A stretch of DNA of 64,000 nt from Eledone cirrhosa (lineage: Eukaryota), in NCBI GenBank assembly GCA_964016885.1, contig OZ024748.1, positions 50,468,001 through 50,532,000 of the forward strand, given 5' to 3'. Under the pieces are notes generated by a model, which saw only the letters and a program-made list of their open reading frames with translations, was not told the DNA's origin and made no database searches. Within the stretch, counting starts at the first letter, position 1; every line of letters starts with the position of its first letter. The position numbers and the translations under genes were made by a program. Shown here piece after piece: positions 43,094 through 57,189 of the stretch.

Positions 43094-43860
43094 CAACAAC
43101 AACCCACCACCGCTACCACCACTATTACCACCACCACCATTTCCTCCACCACCACCACCACCACCAACCCACCACCGCTACCACCACTATTACCACCACC
43201 ACTATTACCACCACCACCACCAACAACCCACCACCGCTACCACCACTATTACCACCACCACTATTACCACCACCACCACCACCACCACCAGCACCACCAC
43301 CACCACCGCTACCACCACCACTATTACCACCACCACCAACCCACCACCGCTACCACCACCAGCACCACCACCACCACCAGCACCACCACCACCACCGCTA
43401 CCACCACTATTACCACCACCACCGCTACCACCACTATTACCACCACCACCAACCCACCACCGCTACCACCACCAGCACCACCACCACCACCGCTACCACC
43501 ACTATTACCACCACCACCAACCCACCACCGCTACCACCACCAGCACCACCACCACCACCAGCACCACCACCACCACCGCTACCACCACTATTACCACCAC
43601 CACCACTACCACCACTACCACCAGCACCACTACCACCACTACCACCACCACTACCACCACTATTACCACCACCACCACCACCACCACCACCACCACCACC
43701 AACACCACCACCACCGCTACCACCACTATTACCACCACCACCACCACCAGCACCACCACCACCACCGCTACCACCTCTATTACCACCACCACCACCACCA
43801 GCACCACCACCACCACCGCTACCACCACCACCACCACCACCACCACCACCATTACTAGCC
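40330..43860. repeat. ~3.5 kb (CCA)n-derived cryptic repeat with minisatellite sub-blocks
   Basis: ACC/CCA triplets with variants CCACTATCA, CCAGCA and CCGCTA, and a 24-bp CTACTTCCCCCACTACTACACCCC block at ~42150-42590. Confidence 0.9.
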
Positions 43861-44178
43861 ACACACTTCTATAAGCACATCATCACCACCAACATCAGCA
43901 GTCCTATGTACAACAATAACATTAATGTAGACAATAATTCAAAACACATCAAACATGACAAAAACTGAAAACAAAAAAGTAGGAAAAAAGATAACATGAA
44001 GAAAACAAACAAAAAGAAAGGAAAATAGAGAAACATGGCAAATAAAACCTAGCATAAAAATAACTATATATATAGAGAGAGTTTGTGTACAATACAGACA
44101 CCTATATACACCCGTTTGTACACTAATATACATACATAAACATATACATACATACGCATACAGAGAGGCGCGCTTATA

Positions 44179-44240
<62 letters not shown>

Positions 44241-44274
44241 CTTTAGGAGGGTCATGTTGCCAATAAGAAACGAA

Positions 44275-44305
<31 letters not shown>

Positions 44306-44345
44306 TATATATATACATATATATATAACTATATATATATATACA

Positions 44346-44507
<162 letters not shown>

Positions 44508-45082
44508 TATATATATACATATATATAACTATATATATATACATATATGTATATATATATAAAGAATCTTGCTAAACAAATTCAGAAGCGAAATATATAT
44601 ATACACGCATATATATATAGAATATCTATATATATATATACATACGCACACACATACAACTATGGTAGTGTGTGTGTGTTTATACATTTGTCTGTATGCA
44701 TACACAACCTCGGAGATAGATACATATATACACAAATATACACATTTTCTATTTACATACACAAAGGATATATAATAATTGTTGTTCATTGGTCACGTGT
44801 GACAGCTAACTATAGAAGCGTAGACCAATATGAGAGCAAATATTTGCATTATATTCTTTTGGCCCAGTTCAGTCCAATTAGATATCTTTCTGTAGACGTA
44901 ATAGTGAAGTAAATGTGCTGAAATAGTCAACATGAAAGATTCATTTATTTAGATAAATATGCTACCAATTGGAAAATGCAGAATTTTATATTGCCAATTC
45001 CCTATTGTAATTCAAAGTCACAAACAGAAACCAAAACACATTTGCACACATAAACACACACAAAATAGTCATAAACTCAGAA

Positions 45083-45135
<53 letters not shown>

Positions 45136-45179
45136 AATATATATCTATATATATAATCATTGGGAAAACAAATACATAA

Positions 45180-45212
<33 letters not shown>

Positions 45213-45231
45213 TATAAATATATACATATAC

Positions 45232-45302
<71 letters not shown>

Positions 45303-45622
45303 AAACAAATCATTTGTCTCACCCCATCTCTTTATATATATATATATATATATACATACAGTCTTATACATACATATGCATAGTGATGTAGAATTTCTTT
45401 TTACATACATTTGTGAAAAAGGCCAATAACACGATAGACTAAAAGACTAATATTTCGATTAGTATTGATCTTTTTTTTACTGTTATTATCACCCAATCTT
45501 CATTCAACGTTATTGAAGATTCATGCTACCTCTTTTAAATGCATTATGTAATCGAATTCTGCAAAGAAAATGGTGCGTTTTACATATAGGTAAAACCATT
45601 ACAAAAATTACTATTTAGTAAC

Positions 45623-45692
<70 letters not shown>

Positions 45693-45704
45693 GTATCTAT
45701 CTTT

Positions 45705-46057
45705 GGAAGAAGAATCAGGATGGAGAGAGAGGTGCTGTACCCCAGCAAGTTTTATGAAAGGTGGGTGAAAGTGGCGAGAATGGCCAGAGTGAATGGGCCT
45801 TCTCTCTATATCAGCCTGTAGTTGAGGAAAAGGAGGAGGGGAGGAAAGGAGTACAAACTCTTCGTACTCCTGGAGATGAGGGTTGCACATTTTTTCGGGG
45901 GTATGTGTTACCCATATAAACTGTTTCCACTTATTGGGGAAAATCGACTATGTTTTTTAATTGCATTTGTGATAACATTTTACACGTTTTTATTGTATGT
46001 AAACTTCCCCCTTTGTATTTGTCCCCTTCTTTTGTGCCCCTGTGGCTAATAAAGAAA
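45705..46057 (+). mobile_element. 3' end of a Tx1/L1-type LINE within (TATC)n
   Basis: RIRMEREVLYPSKFYERWVKVAR...* resembles a Tx1 ORF2 C-terminus. The 3' UTR ends in AATAAAGAAAC, and (TATC)n lies on both sides. Confidence 0.5.
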
Positions 46058-46194
46058 CATATCTATCTATTTATCTCTCTATCTACCTCTCTATCTATCT
46101 CTCTATCTACCTACCTACCCAACTATTCACTTACCTACCTAACTATCCACTTACCTACCTACTACCTACATACCTACCTCCATATCTTTCTATC

Positions 46195-48285
46195 TCCGGA
46201 TGGTATAGACGTTTTTCACATCGGCTCCTCGATTATTGGAGATATTACGTGTTAACAGTAAGTGTTTGTCTGTATTCTTGCGTTATTGTGTTAATTAACC
46301 CCCTTGCCTGGGTCTTCGGACATTAGGGTTAATTTATTTCATCCCATTTGGGGTGAAATTTTTCATCCTAAAATTCTTGTGATTGTCTCTACGCTAGTGG
46401 TAATGGAAGCCATTACCACAGGTAACAATGACAAACAAACTGAAGGAGAGCGGGTAGCGGAGGCAATATGCCTCCCTACTGAAACAATAATGATTATTAG
46501 AATCATTGAAAAAATGGAGCATAACCCTAATGAAAAAAATGTGAAAAAAATTGACTCGGAGAAATTGCCAACATTAATGGATGCCGTTTCGACTTTTCAC
46601 GGCGCCACGCCCACCAGCAAAGGTGAAAGAGAAGTAGTAGCTGTGACTACAAGTCTCTCGGATACTGAAAATATAAGTGAACATTTTGAAAAAATGGAGT
46701 CTAACCCCAACGGGGAAAAACATGTGAAAGCATACACCAACATAAATATCACAAACACAACAAAAAATGAAAATTGTAACAACAAAAAAACAAGAAAACA
46801 ACCACATTTCGACAAATGTAAACAAAGAGGGGGCGAAAAAAATGACGTTCGCTCAAGCTACGAAAAAAACCATTGTGTATGAACCTATTGACATTTCGAA
46901 CATGGCCCAGCAAATGGAAAATGCACGGAAGTATATAACTTTGGAGGAGAATGGTCTATTTTCTTTAAGTTCTCCCCCAGAGCTAAAAAAGGAAAATAGC
47001 TTAAAAACTATTATTTATAGAACAATATCAAACAAAACCCGTAAGCCAGTACAACTCACACAGACAGAGATTGAACAGGCTTTAAAAGATCATCTGAAAA
47101 ACATTGTATTCATTCGGAAGGATAGACTCTACGGTAGTCTATCCATCCGAATGAAAGTAAATTGACGGCCAAAAAACATTCCCTGGCCCCAATTGTGTCC
47201 CCCTTATTTACCTTCTTCCCCACTTATTTGGGAAGAAGAACGCAAAGATTGACCATACACAGTATCGATCCGGATATTGATTTCTGGGCGGTGTGTGGCC
47301 TCTTCGACTTGAAAGAGGATGCAGTAATTTCGGTAGGTAAGTCTTCCAGCAACTGTTCAGTGGAACTAGCCTGCAAGTTCTGGTGCAAATGCAGACAGAA
47401 CGAATTGCTAGGATCCCCTACCGCATATTGCTGGATGGGCTTGCCTACTTACACATCACAGAGGGTAGACGACCGGCTTGTTACCTCTGTGGTGGCAGAG
47501 GTCACCTGAGGGCTGCCTGTTCTCAAGCAAACACAAAACACCAATTTTGCCCAAACCAACAACTACAACACTGCCAACACAACCTCCACCACCACCACAA
47601 AAACAACTAACACCACAAGTTAAAACACAACTGAAAACAATCCCACCCATTTCCCCCACACAGAAAACAAATACAATAACACCCACACCACAAACACGAG
47701 CCGAAAATGTACCCCTCGCCTCGAATACGGAAGACGATCCCCTTTCGTCGTCAGAAGAGGTGGGGGGACACTTTCATAAAGTTAAAATAAAAAAAAGAAA
47801 ACACACCACAGGAACACAAATACAAACAACCCCTCCCCAATACATAACACAGACATCAACACAAAAAACACACAACAACTGCAAACAAAAAACATCACAC
47901 AAAAAGAAAAATATGCATACACTTACATAAACACAATAAACAAAAAACTGTTAAACGTTATTTATAATAACAACTTAATAAAAACCGAAGGTTCGAATTT
48001 CGCACAAGCAACGGGGCTTCCCCATCTAAAAATGATAAAAGCCCCAATGGACATTTACAAAACGTTAAAAGACACTTTTAAAGAGGACGTGGGGCCCCCC
48101 TTCGTCAGACCCATTAACCGTGTCCTCCTAAAAAATCCCCCCCAGACACCCACACAGCTCCAAACACCCCAACCCCACCACACACTGATGCCCCTACAGT
48201 TCCACAAACCACCACTCCACCCAACAACCCATCCTCCACCCCCATGGAAATTGTGCGGCCCGGTCCCCGGGACGCAGAGAGGTAA
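46195..48285 (+). pseudogene. Tx1/L1-clade LINE 5' region and frameshifted ORF1
   Basis: A chain of overlapping ORF pieces includes the gag-like knuckle CYLCGGRGHLRAAC and a Pro/Thr-rich tail. It lies directly upstream of the APE ORF. Confidence 0.7.
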
Positions 48286-49717
48286 GTGCCTTTTCTCTTT
48301 ACCACCAACATAGTTATATTGAAAGTAGGTTGTCTAAATGCGCGTGGCCTGGGCTCACCTTGGAAGCAAGCAATACTTCTAAATGACCTCAGGTCACGAT
48401 GTATAAATGTGATGGTTATTTGCGAGGCCCGGATCAGCAGCGTGCGACAGCTGGCTCCCACCTTTGATGACTTCGAGATGCACGCATCTCTCTGTCAGCC
48501 CGGAGATGGGGGTGGGGTTGTCGTTCTGCTGCAAAAACATCTGGGTCTCGCTACACAGACGGTACGCTTGGACCCGGAGGGTCGACTAGTGGTTATGGAC
48601 CTTGGCAGTGGTGAAGGCGGAGCTTTTAAGCTGGTCGCCGTCTACGGCCCTTTTGGGTCAACGCGGCCGGACTTCTTCCATCGTCTGGAGACTTTTCTAG
48701 GGACGTCCCGCTCCTTGCTTTTAGTGGGGGACTGGAATGGTATCCTAGATGCACGTTGGGACTATGTAGGGGCATGTCCTGATAGAGGAATTTGTAACAG
48801 CCTCAAGGGGTTAATCGGCCGATTCGACCTGGCCGATAGATATCGACTAGACTTTTCCGACCGTGCCAACCTGGACTTGGACAAACCCAGCGGTCAATCT
48901 AGATCGCACCTAGATAGGTTCTTAGTTAGAAATAAGGATAGGGACTTTTTAAGTTGTCCAGAAATGCTCATGGTTGGCTATTCAGACCACAAGTTAGTGA
49001 CCTCCATGGTCAACCTTGATAGAACGCATAGACAGGGACCCGGTTACTGGAAGCTCAACTTGTCCTTACCGGCAAGTAAAGCTTACAGGGACCGGATTAG
49101 TACTTTAGTTAAGGAGCGGTTGACGGGCGCCATCGTCAACAGCAGGTGGTGGGGCTCTCTCAAAAGAGAGATTAGAGTAGCTTCAATAGGAGTTAGTAAG
49201 GAGTTAGCCTCAGATAGAAATAGGAAAGAAAGGGAGTTGGTAGATAGTGTAGAAGAGGCAATTAGAAGCGGCGACGTAGCCAGAGTGCTAGCGTCGAGAA
49301 TGGCCTTGAGCCAGTTCTTCGACGCGAAACACGAAGGCTGCGTTGTCCGAAGCAAAAGACGTGCTCTGGGAAACGAGGGAACCAGAGCTGTTAGCTGGGC
49401 CCGCTTGACAGAAGCCAACATTGGGATTAGAACCACTATCCGGTCTTTGCGAGACCAGGATGGACGGGTGATCCTTGAACCTAAGCAGAGGTGCGAGCCT
49501 TTTCAAAGGCACTTTGCCCGATTGTTCGGAAGGAGCGAGGGGCCGGAAGTGGATGTGGACCTCGGTCCATACCTCGACGGCCTGTCGCGTCTTTCGGACG
49601 AGGAGGCGAAGTCCTGCGAGAGGCCGATCTCAGCAGCTGAAATAGGGGACGTGCTGAGCCAATGCGGCAGAACCAAATCTCCGGGCCTCCATTCGCTTCC
49701 ATACGAACTATATTTAA
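48286..49717 (+). pseudogene. Tx1/L1-clade ORF2 N-terminal half: APE endonuclease to the start of RT, 3'-truncated
   Basis: Translation contains VGCLNARGL, ICEAR, GGGVVVL, VAVYGP, LVGDWNG, SHLDRFLV, SDHKLV, GPGYWKLN and KSPGLHSLPYELY, then switches abruptly to AT-rich DNA. Confidence 0.9.
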
Positions 49718-50028
49718 GTATACGTTATATCATCTCTATTCATTTTATTATATATATTTCGAAGATGCAAAGTTTGTATGTATAACATAAACCTAAATAT
49801 CTCCTCTTCAAACAAAATACATATGAGATGTATAATCTTTTCCTGATATGCAGGTAGACAAACGAGCTGGTCTGTTTAGTGAGCACAAAGCATATGACTA
49901 GAAAAAAACTCAACACATAGGAGATTACATGACTCTGAGAATACATTAGAGATAGTTTTTCATGAAGAAATTGATGATATAATGTATATAACTTTCGTTT
50001 ATTACTATTACGGTTAATTGGCAATATA

Positions 50029-50195
50029 GGAGGAGGGTTGGACGCCATGCTTTCTAGCATAGTTACGTCCCTTTGCAGTCTGAGTTCAAATCCCGCCGAG
50101 GTTACCTTTGCCTTTCATCCTTACGGAGTCGATAAAACAAAGTACCAGTAATGCACTGGGTGATTGCTGGCCTAGTGCCTAAAGTAGAAACAATT
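50029..50195 (+). mobile_element. tRNA-derived SINE (first family)
   Basis: B-box and core match the 6801 copy. Confidence 0.85.
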
Positions 50196-50709
50196 ATTAT
50201 TATAATAATACTCCGGATAAATTAATACCGTTGAGTTCTTGACATCTGTTATATATAAGAATCAGTTGATTACAAATCATCTAACTCCTTTTTCATATAT
50301 ACATGTGTGTATGTGTGTGTGTCTCTGTGTGTATGTGTTATTTCTTCTAGCCATTTTATACTCCATTATATAAAGTTTCATATCAAAAGGTCATCTCTAG
50401 ACGGAATTGCCTGTTTACAATAATTCCGATACGATCGATACAGGAATGTAATTTAATCTGAACTAATATTTACTCCAAACTTTACACTATCCAAAAATTA
50501 AGTCCTTCTGCTTCGTTTGTAAAATTAATTTAACTAAAATCATTTACAGAAATGCAAGAAATACTTCAAAAAATGTTAAGGTTCTTTTATTTACTTTAAG
50601 ACTTAAAATCTTAGGTTTCGTTAACAGCGTCTTCGGCAAATGTATGGCTTACTATGGTTTACTATTTGCTGTAAGGAGTACGAACCCCCGACATTCACGT
50701 TATTTGTAT

Positions 50710-50950
50710 TAAAAGTTCAACAAAGAATGATGCGACTTGCAGGCCACTGCATCAGATACAATGATAAGGTGGCAAATAAGTTATTGCTCCGTGAATCTAC
50801 TGAGGAACGAACCTGTAGAGGAAGGAGAAAAATAGCCTACGTGGATCCTCTGTTAGAAGACACAGGGATGGAGACAATAGAGGAACTCAAGACCATCATG
50901 AATGACCATGGCGAATGAAAGCGACGTATAGTATCAGTCTGGTGTCCCAC
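50710..50950 (+). pseudogene. RTE-type LINE 3' remnant
   Basis: KVQQRMMRLAGHCIRY...RGRRKIAYVDPLLEDTG. Confidence 0.7.
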
Positions 50951-51467
50951 AGATTAATAGGTTATTATAGTTATGAATTTAACTCTATTTTTGTGCTTAT
51001 ATAGGAGAATATATTTCGACTTTTGATCACACATTTTCTGTAGATATAAAGAGTAAAGTGTCTGAAGATGGCGAAAGTATGCAAAGAAGCATAGAATCAA
51101 ATAATATCCTTAAATTAAAACATGGTCACTGACTCAAGTCGCTGGAAATGATGTCTCCCTCAACTAACAGGAAAAATAGAGAAAGACAAATCACGCTATA
51201 TGTTGAAAGAGATAAGACACTCTATTCTGAAAGGCTGCCAACTTCCTTCAAATTATTCCTCACTATCAATAGAAGTAAAAACAAATAGGCATACCTATGT
51301 AAAAAAAAAAAAAAAAAAAGAATACGATGTGATCGCTGTTACGTTGTTCAGGGGAAAAGGAACGAGTCCGTTCCGGCCAAGCTCTTACCAACTTTGCTAA
51401 GTTCTACTTAAAAATGAGATGGGGGAAATGTGGAACTCCGATTGATAATGTATTCCTTACATATATA

Positions 51468-51585
<118 letters not shown>

Positions 51586-51749
51586 AGTGGTTACACAACA
51601 GTTAGTTCACCATGCTGAGAACAATTGTTTCACCTTAGCGGATCCTCAGCTCGTAATGGGTGAACTAACTCTTGTGTAACCACTTCTACATAACTCGTCC
51701 CATGGACTGAGTGCTCTACCACTACGGATATTACCTTCCAGTGTTCTAC

Positions 51750-51844
<95 letters not shown>

Positions 51845-51847
<3 letters not shown>

Positions 51848-52071
51848 TGTTATAATTTGAGAGTGTCATGCTGTCAATGAAAATACACACACCCGTTGGT
51901 TTCACTTCAATTTATTATAAATTTCCGCTTGACGAAAGAGCTTTGATAATATATCAACAAAAACATCCAGTTATTGAACCGACCAACCGGAAATTTCTAA
52001 TAAATTGAAGTGAAAACCAACAAGTGCTTGTGTTTTTATTGACAGCATGACCCTCCAAAAGTCTAACAATA
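51845..52071. mobile_element. Family B element as an inverted (fold-back) pair of termini
   Basis: 51845-51927 is the reverse complement of the right arm. The central TGACGAAAGAGCTTTGA is the 3' half of the family B hammerhead. Confidence 0.7.
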
Positions 52072-52299
52072 TTTGTTTCAACACACGTTTTCAGATAAGA
52101 AATCATGCAAAACAAATTAAAAGACGAAGTGTATATATATATATATATATATATAGCATTAAATTAAAAATCGATTGACATATATATAAAATAAATACAT
52201 AAATAAATTTGAGGGGATAATTTATAAAGAGTGTAAACACGCATAGTTACGTATTAAATAAGTATCAGATGTCACAAATCAGCAGAAAAGACGCCAATT

Positions 52300-52532
52300 T
52301 TTACTGTTGTTGCTTCGAGAACCCAACTGAGGACTCATGCAGTTCCAAGCTATGATGACTTTTGTAAGTGTTGTATCTTTTACATTTGTTCCAATCTTTT
52401 CCAGCCATGTGTGGAGATGCGTTGGGATACTTTCCAGTGCACTAATCACAAGTGGTATCACATCCAATTTCTTCATTACCCACAACCTGCTTATTTCCCA
52501 TTTCAATTTGTCATAGTTATTATTATTATTAT
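52300..52532 (-). pseudogene. R4/Dong-type RLE 3' remnant adjacent to (AAT)n
   Basis: YDKLKWEISRLWVMKKLDVIPLVISALESIP. Confidence 0.7.
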
Positions 52533-52668
52533 TACACACGTAATCAGCTGTTACAGCAAGTGTTGAAGTAAACATAATTGGCAGTTGAAATTTCAGCACA
52601 AACATCATGAATTAATAACCAGATGAGGATTTAAATTTGAATAATTGAAAATATAACGCATAACACTA

Positions 52669-52811
<143 letters not shown>

Positions 52812-53343
52812 CCTGCGTGTGTATGTGTGTGCTTATATATATATACATATATATATTAAAGATATATCACCTACTATTTTCGATAAACAAAAAAGTGAAT
52901 AAAAAACAACAAAAAACGCCACACAAAACAAAGATGTGTTTTGTTTGTTGCTCCAGAGTTGGAATGGATTGGAATTAAAACGGATGAGACCATCTGAAAT
53001 AGTACAAACCTTATTCGTAAAACGCAGAGATTGCGTGTTATAAAAGAAATGTTTAATGAAATCTCACCTACCCTTTTCTAAAAGGTAATAACAGATAAAT
53101 AAATAAAGTAATGTAAAATAGAAGAAAATGAAGAACTAAAGTTATCCATATCAGTTATATATCTTCCTGCTCTTCTTTAATTAAAACATCGCTTCGTTTC
53201 AAAGAACAAATGATTGGCGAGAAATTTTTGCGAATTCGAAGCACGAAACCTTCGAATGTTGTCTTTCTATTTTCTTAGTGTTTATGTTCAACAATTATCA
53301 TCATCGTCATCATTATCATCTTTATTATTATTATTATTATTGA

Positions 53344-53380
<37 letters not shown>

Positions 53381-53730
53381 GTTATTTTCAACTATTATAA
53401 ATGTTTGTTATAATTAATTTTTTCTTCTCTCTGTATTTTTCTCTAATTTCCCGCCCGGCTCCATTTAATTTTAGAACTTTTTCCCCTGATTTAATAATGA
53501 ATTATTTGTCTTTTAACCCACTCCCTCCCCCTCACATTAAAAGTTGTTATAAAAACAACCGCTAATGTGTGATATTAGCAGCAGCAAAGCTAAACATGAA
53601 TTAACACATGCTAAAGTATTCATTAAATTGAAAACAAACGGTTATCATCCAAGTACAACTCTATCTATCTATATATATGTGCCTTCACACACACACACAC
53701 ACACACTGACACACACACACATACACACAT

Positions 53731-53771
<41 letters not shown>

Positions 53772-54019
53772 CATACATATGTATATATATATACATATAT
53801 ATTCACATATATGTACTTGATATAAATGTATGGATATATACATGAAATACAATGTGAAATGACCCCCACCCAGGAAGAGAGACAGATAATCTCAAATTTC
53901 TAAAGCACATCAGGAGAGAAAACAAATGCTACTTTAAACATCTCCAATGAAGTTGCGTGCTAGCAACAATGTTCCATGTCTATATATATAATATACATAA
54001 TATACATAATATATATAAC

Positions 54020-54068
<49 letters not shown>

Positions 54069-54145
54069 GTATATGTATATACATATATATTTATTTATAT
54101 ATATATATATTTATATATATATATGTATTTATATATATATATATT

Positions 54146-54297
<152 letters not shown>

Positions 54298-54865
54298 ATT
54301 TGAAAGCCTTCAACAAATAAGTTTAAGAGATGAAGGGGAAAAAAATTAATGTGCAAAACCCTACAAAAAAAAAAAAAAATTACAACAGCATTGATGATAT
54401 ACACTAAAAAAATTGCAAAAACAAAATTACCAAGTTGTTAATTATTTGAAAACCTAAAACTAATATAAAAATATAGAGTTAACTGTTAAAAAGCAGGACA
54501 AAAAGTAGCAAATAGAAACACATTGCATGTGATTTAGATTAAATTCTTTTTTGAAACGTTGGGTACATAAAGGAGAGAAAATAAAGGATAGAGCAAAAGC
54601 AATTACACCACACTCTCACCCGCACATACATATGTGTATATATATATATGAACATTTACATCTACATATATCAACACGCACGAACGCATGCGTATCTTCG
54701 TATTAAGTATATATATATATATATATATATAAATGTGTGTGTGTATACATATATACATATAAATAAATAAACAAATATATATATAAAAAAATATATATAT
54801 ATTATATATCTATTTATAGATATGTTTGTGTGTGTATATATGTGTATTTATTTATGTCCCCCCTC

Positions 54866-54898
<33 letters not shown>

Positions 54899-55104
54899 GA
54901 TATATATATACTCGTCTCGATATATCTATCTGCATATCTAGCTATCTTTCATTTTTGAAGTAATTATATAGAAAGTGAATTAGAGACAGGCAGGAATAAA
55001 AAGATGAGAATTGTAAAGAAGGAGGTCAGGTCAGGAAGATTGGAGAAACTGAAGAGCTAAGCTAGAGCAGGTATAACAATGTGCTTGAACCATGCTTTGT
55101 ATAA

Positions 55105-55432
55105 TTGTTTCTACTATTAGCACAAGTCCAGCAAATTAATCAGTATATTACTGGTACTTTATTTTATCGACCCTGTATAATAAAATGAGAAAACTCTTTG
55201 AACAATGAAATATATAATATGTGTACAAATAATTTCTCCTGTCTAGTTGATATAACATTATTATGTGGTGACATTATTCATGCTTTGAAGCATAGAGTTA
55301 CGTCCCTTTATGATCTGAGTTCAAATCCAGTCGAGGTTAACTTTGCCTTTCATCCTTACGGGGTCGATAAAATAAAGTACCAGTAATGTACTGGGTAATT
55401 GCTGGCCTTGTGCCAAAAGTAGAAACAATTAT
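55105..55432. mobile_element. Two SINE pieces in opposite orientation (55105-55172 minus, 55282-55432 plus)
   Basis: Core and tail motifs of the first SINE family. Confidence 0.75.
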
Positions 55433-56179
55433 TAAAAAAACTAAAGGTGGATATAGCAGTACTAATATGATCCACACGCAAGAGAGCTTCTAATTGCATC
55501 ATAAATCTTATTTATAAAATTATGGTCAATTTTGTCTTTCTTAAAAGAAGTGAATCATGACTCACTTAATATAATGAAGGTATACGTTGTGTTATTCGTT
55601 CAGTGAGTTTAACAGGAGGCCAGCCACACTCACTAGTTTGATTTTAAAATCTCTATTAGAATGTATAAAGTTTATCATTTTTAAAGTCTACGAAATCAAT
55701 CGACAAGATGTCGGCCCTAGGAAATAACACATTAGCCGATCCTGAAATCGAACGCGAAGCCTCACGACTGAGAATCCAATTCTATATCCATTAAGTCACG
55801 GGTCGTCACTAATTATTAAAAAAACCCTCCAAAATGTCTCATATTCAAAATGGCCGAATAACTATGTATTTCGGTGAACTGTTTCCCATAAAGTCTCTGA
55901 TTATTATTGATAGCTATGTACCGCTCAATCATTTGTTTACACATTTCCACTGTACTTGATTCTTTGGAATCAATACTTGCCCCAGGGAATACAGACAAAC
56001 AGACACACACATATATATATATTTATATATATATAAATATATATATATTTGATATATATTTATCCTTATCGAGCCCTCTTGGGATTTTAGTCTTCAAATT
56101 TATTATTATTACTATATATATATATGATCAAAGATTAATATGGTTCATTGATTACTCAATGAATACAGTTTTACACTAG

Positions 56180-56345
56180 ATTAAAAGCACTCAACAAGAA
56201 AAAAATTTCCAGGAGTTTTAATATTATTCAAAATATTAACAAATGAAGATATTCACATAATCAAAATATATGCTTTATTATATTATATATATTTTTGAAG
56301 GTACTGTGTTTTTTTTTCCAGTACGTCCTCGTCAGATAAAATATA
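56180..56345 (-). mobile_element. Second family C copy with decayed hammerhead
   Basis: Homologous to 26690-26846. CUGACGA and stem II are kept, but GAAA has changed to AAAA. Confidence 0.6.
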
Positions 56346-56656
56346 TGATTTTATATATGACACACCTCTACGGTCTTGATATTTTGAATAATATGTATAT
56401 ATATATAACGAAGATAAGTGATAAGTAACCAGGCAAACCTAACGCACCAAAGTACTCGATACTGTGTAGTAGAGTGGGTAATAGCTCAGCCGCCGGCACA
56501 TGACTCTTTTCCAAGCGTGAGCCTAATACATAACACCTTTCGTAACTGTACGCCTTGTTGTTGTTATTACTTTTCCAATATATATATATATATACACACA
56601 CATACACACACACACACACATATATATATATACATATGTATATGTATCTGTATATA

Positions 56657-56695
<39 letters not shown>

Positions 56696-56896
56696 CAAAC
56701 GTGATTGGCGGAAGGATTTCGTCTTCCATTATCATAAATTAGAAGTTTATATAAGAAGTAAAGAAAATCAAATGTGGAATTGGAAATCAAAATGAAACAA
56801 TGCGAATGTTTTTTGATGTAAGAGAATAAAACATCCGTTCACTCGTTGCAAACCTAAATCTTGAATGGAAATTATTTTATGAATGCATGCTTGGTC

Positions 56897-56960
<64 letters not shown>

Positions 56961-57109
56961 CTGCATCCATTTTCTCCCTGTCTGTCTGATTCTCTTTATA
57001 CACACCCACACACACACACACATATATATATAAATATATGTATGTGTATATATATAGATGCATATATGCATATATAAATAGCCACACACATATATATATA
57101 TATATAAAT

Positions 57110-57189
<80 letters not shown>

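Noticed and set aside
40476-43968. Pro-rich 522 aa, 190 aa and 322 aa ORFs as formin- or extensin-like genes
   Set aside because: They are open in several frames and on both strands because of CCA repeats, and contain no unique domain.
51060-51085. CTGAAGATGGCGAAAG as a hammerhead
   Set aside because: No stem II or stem I; probably chance.
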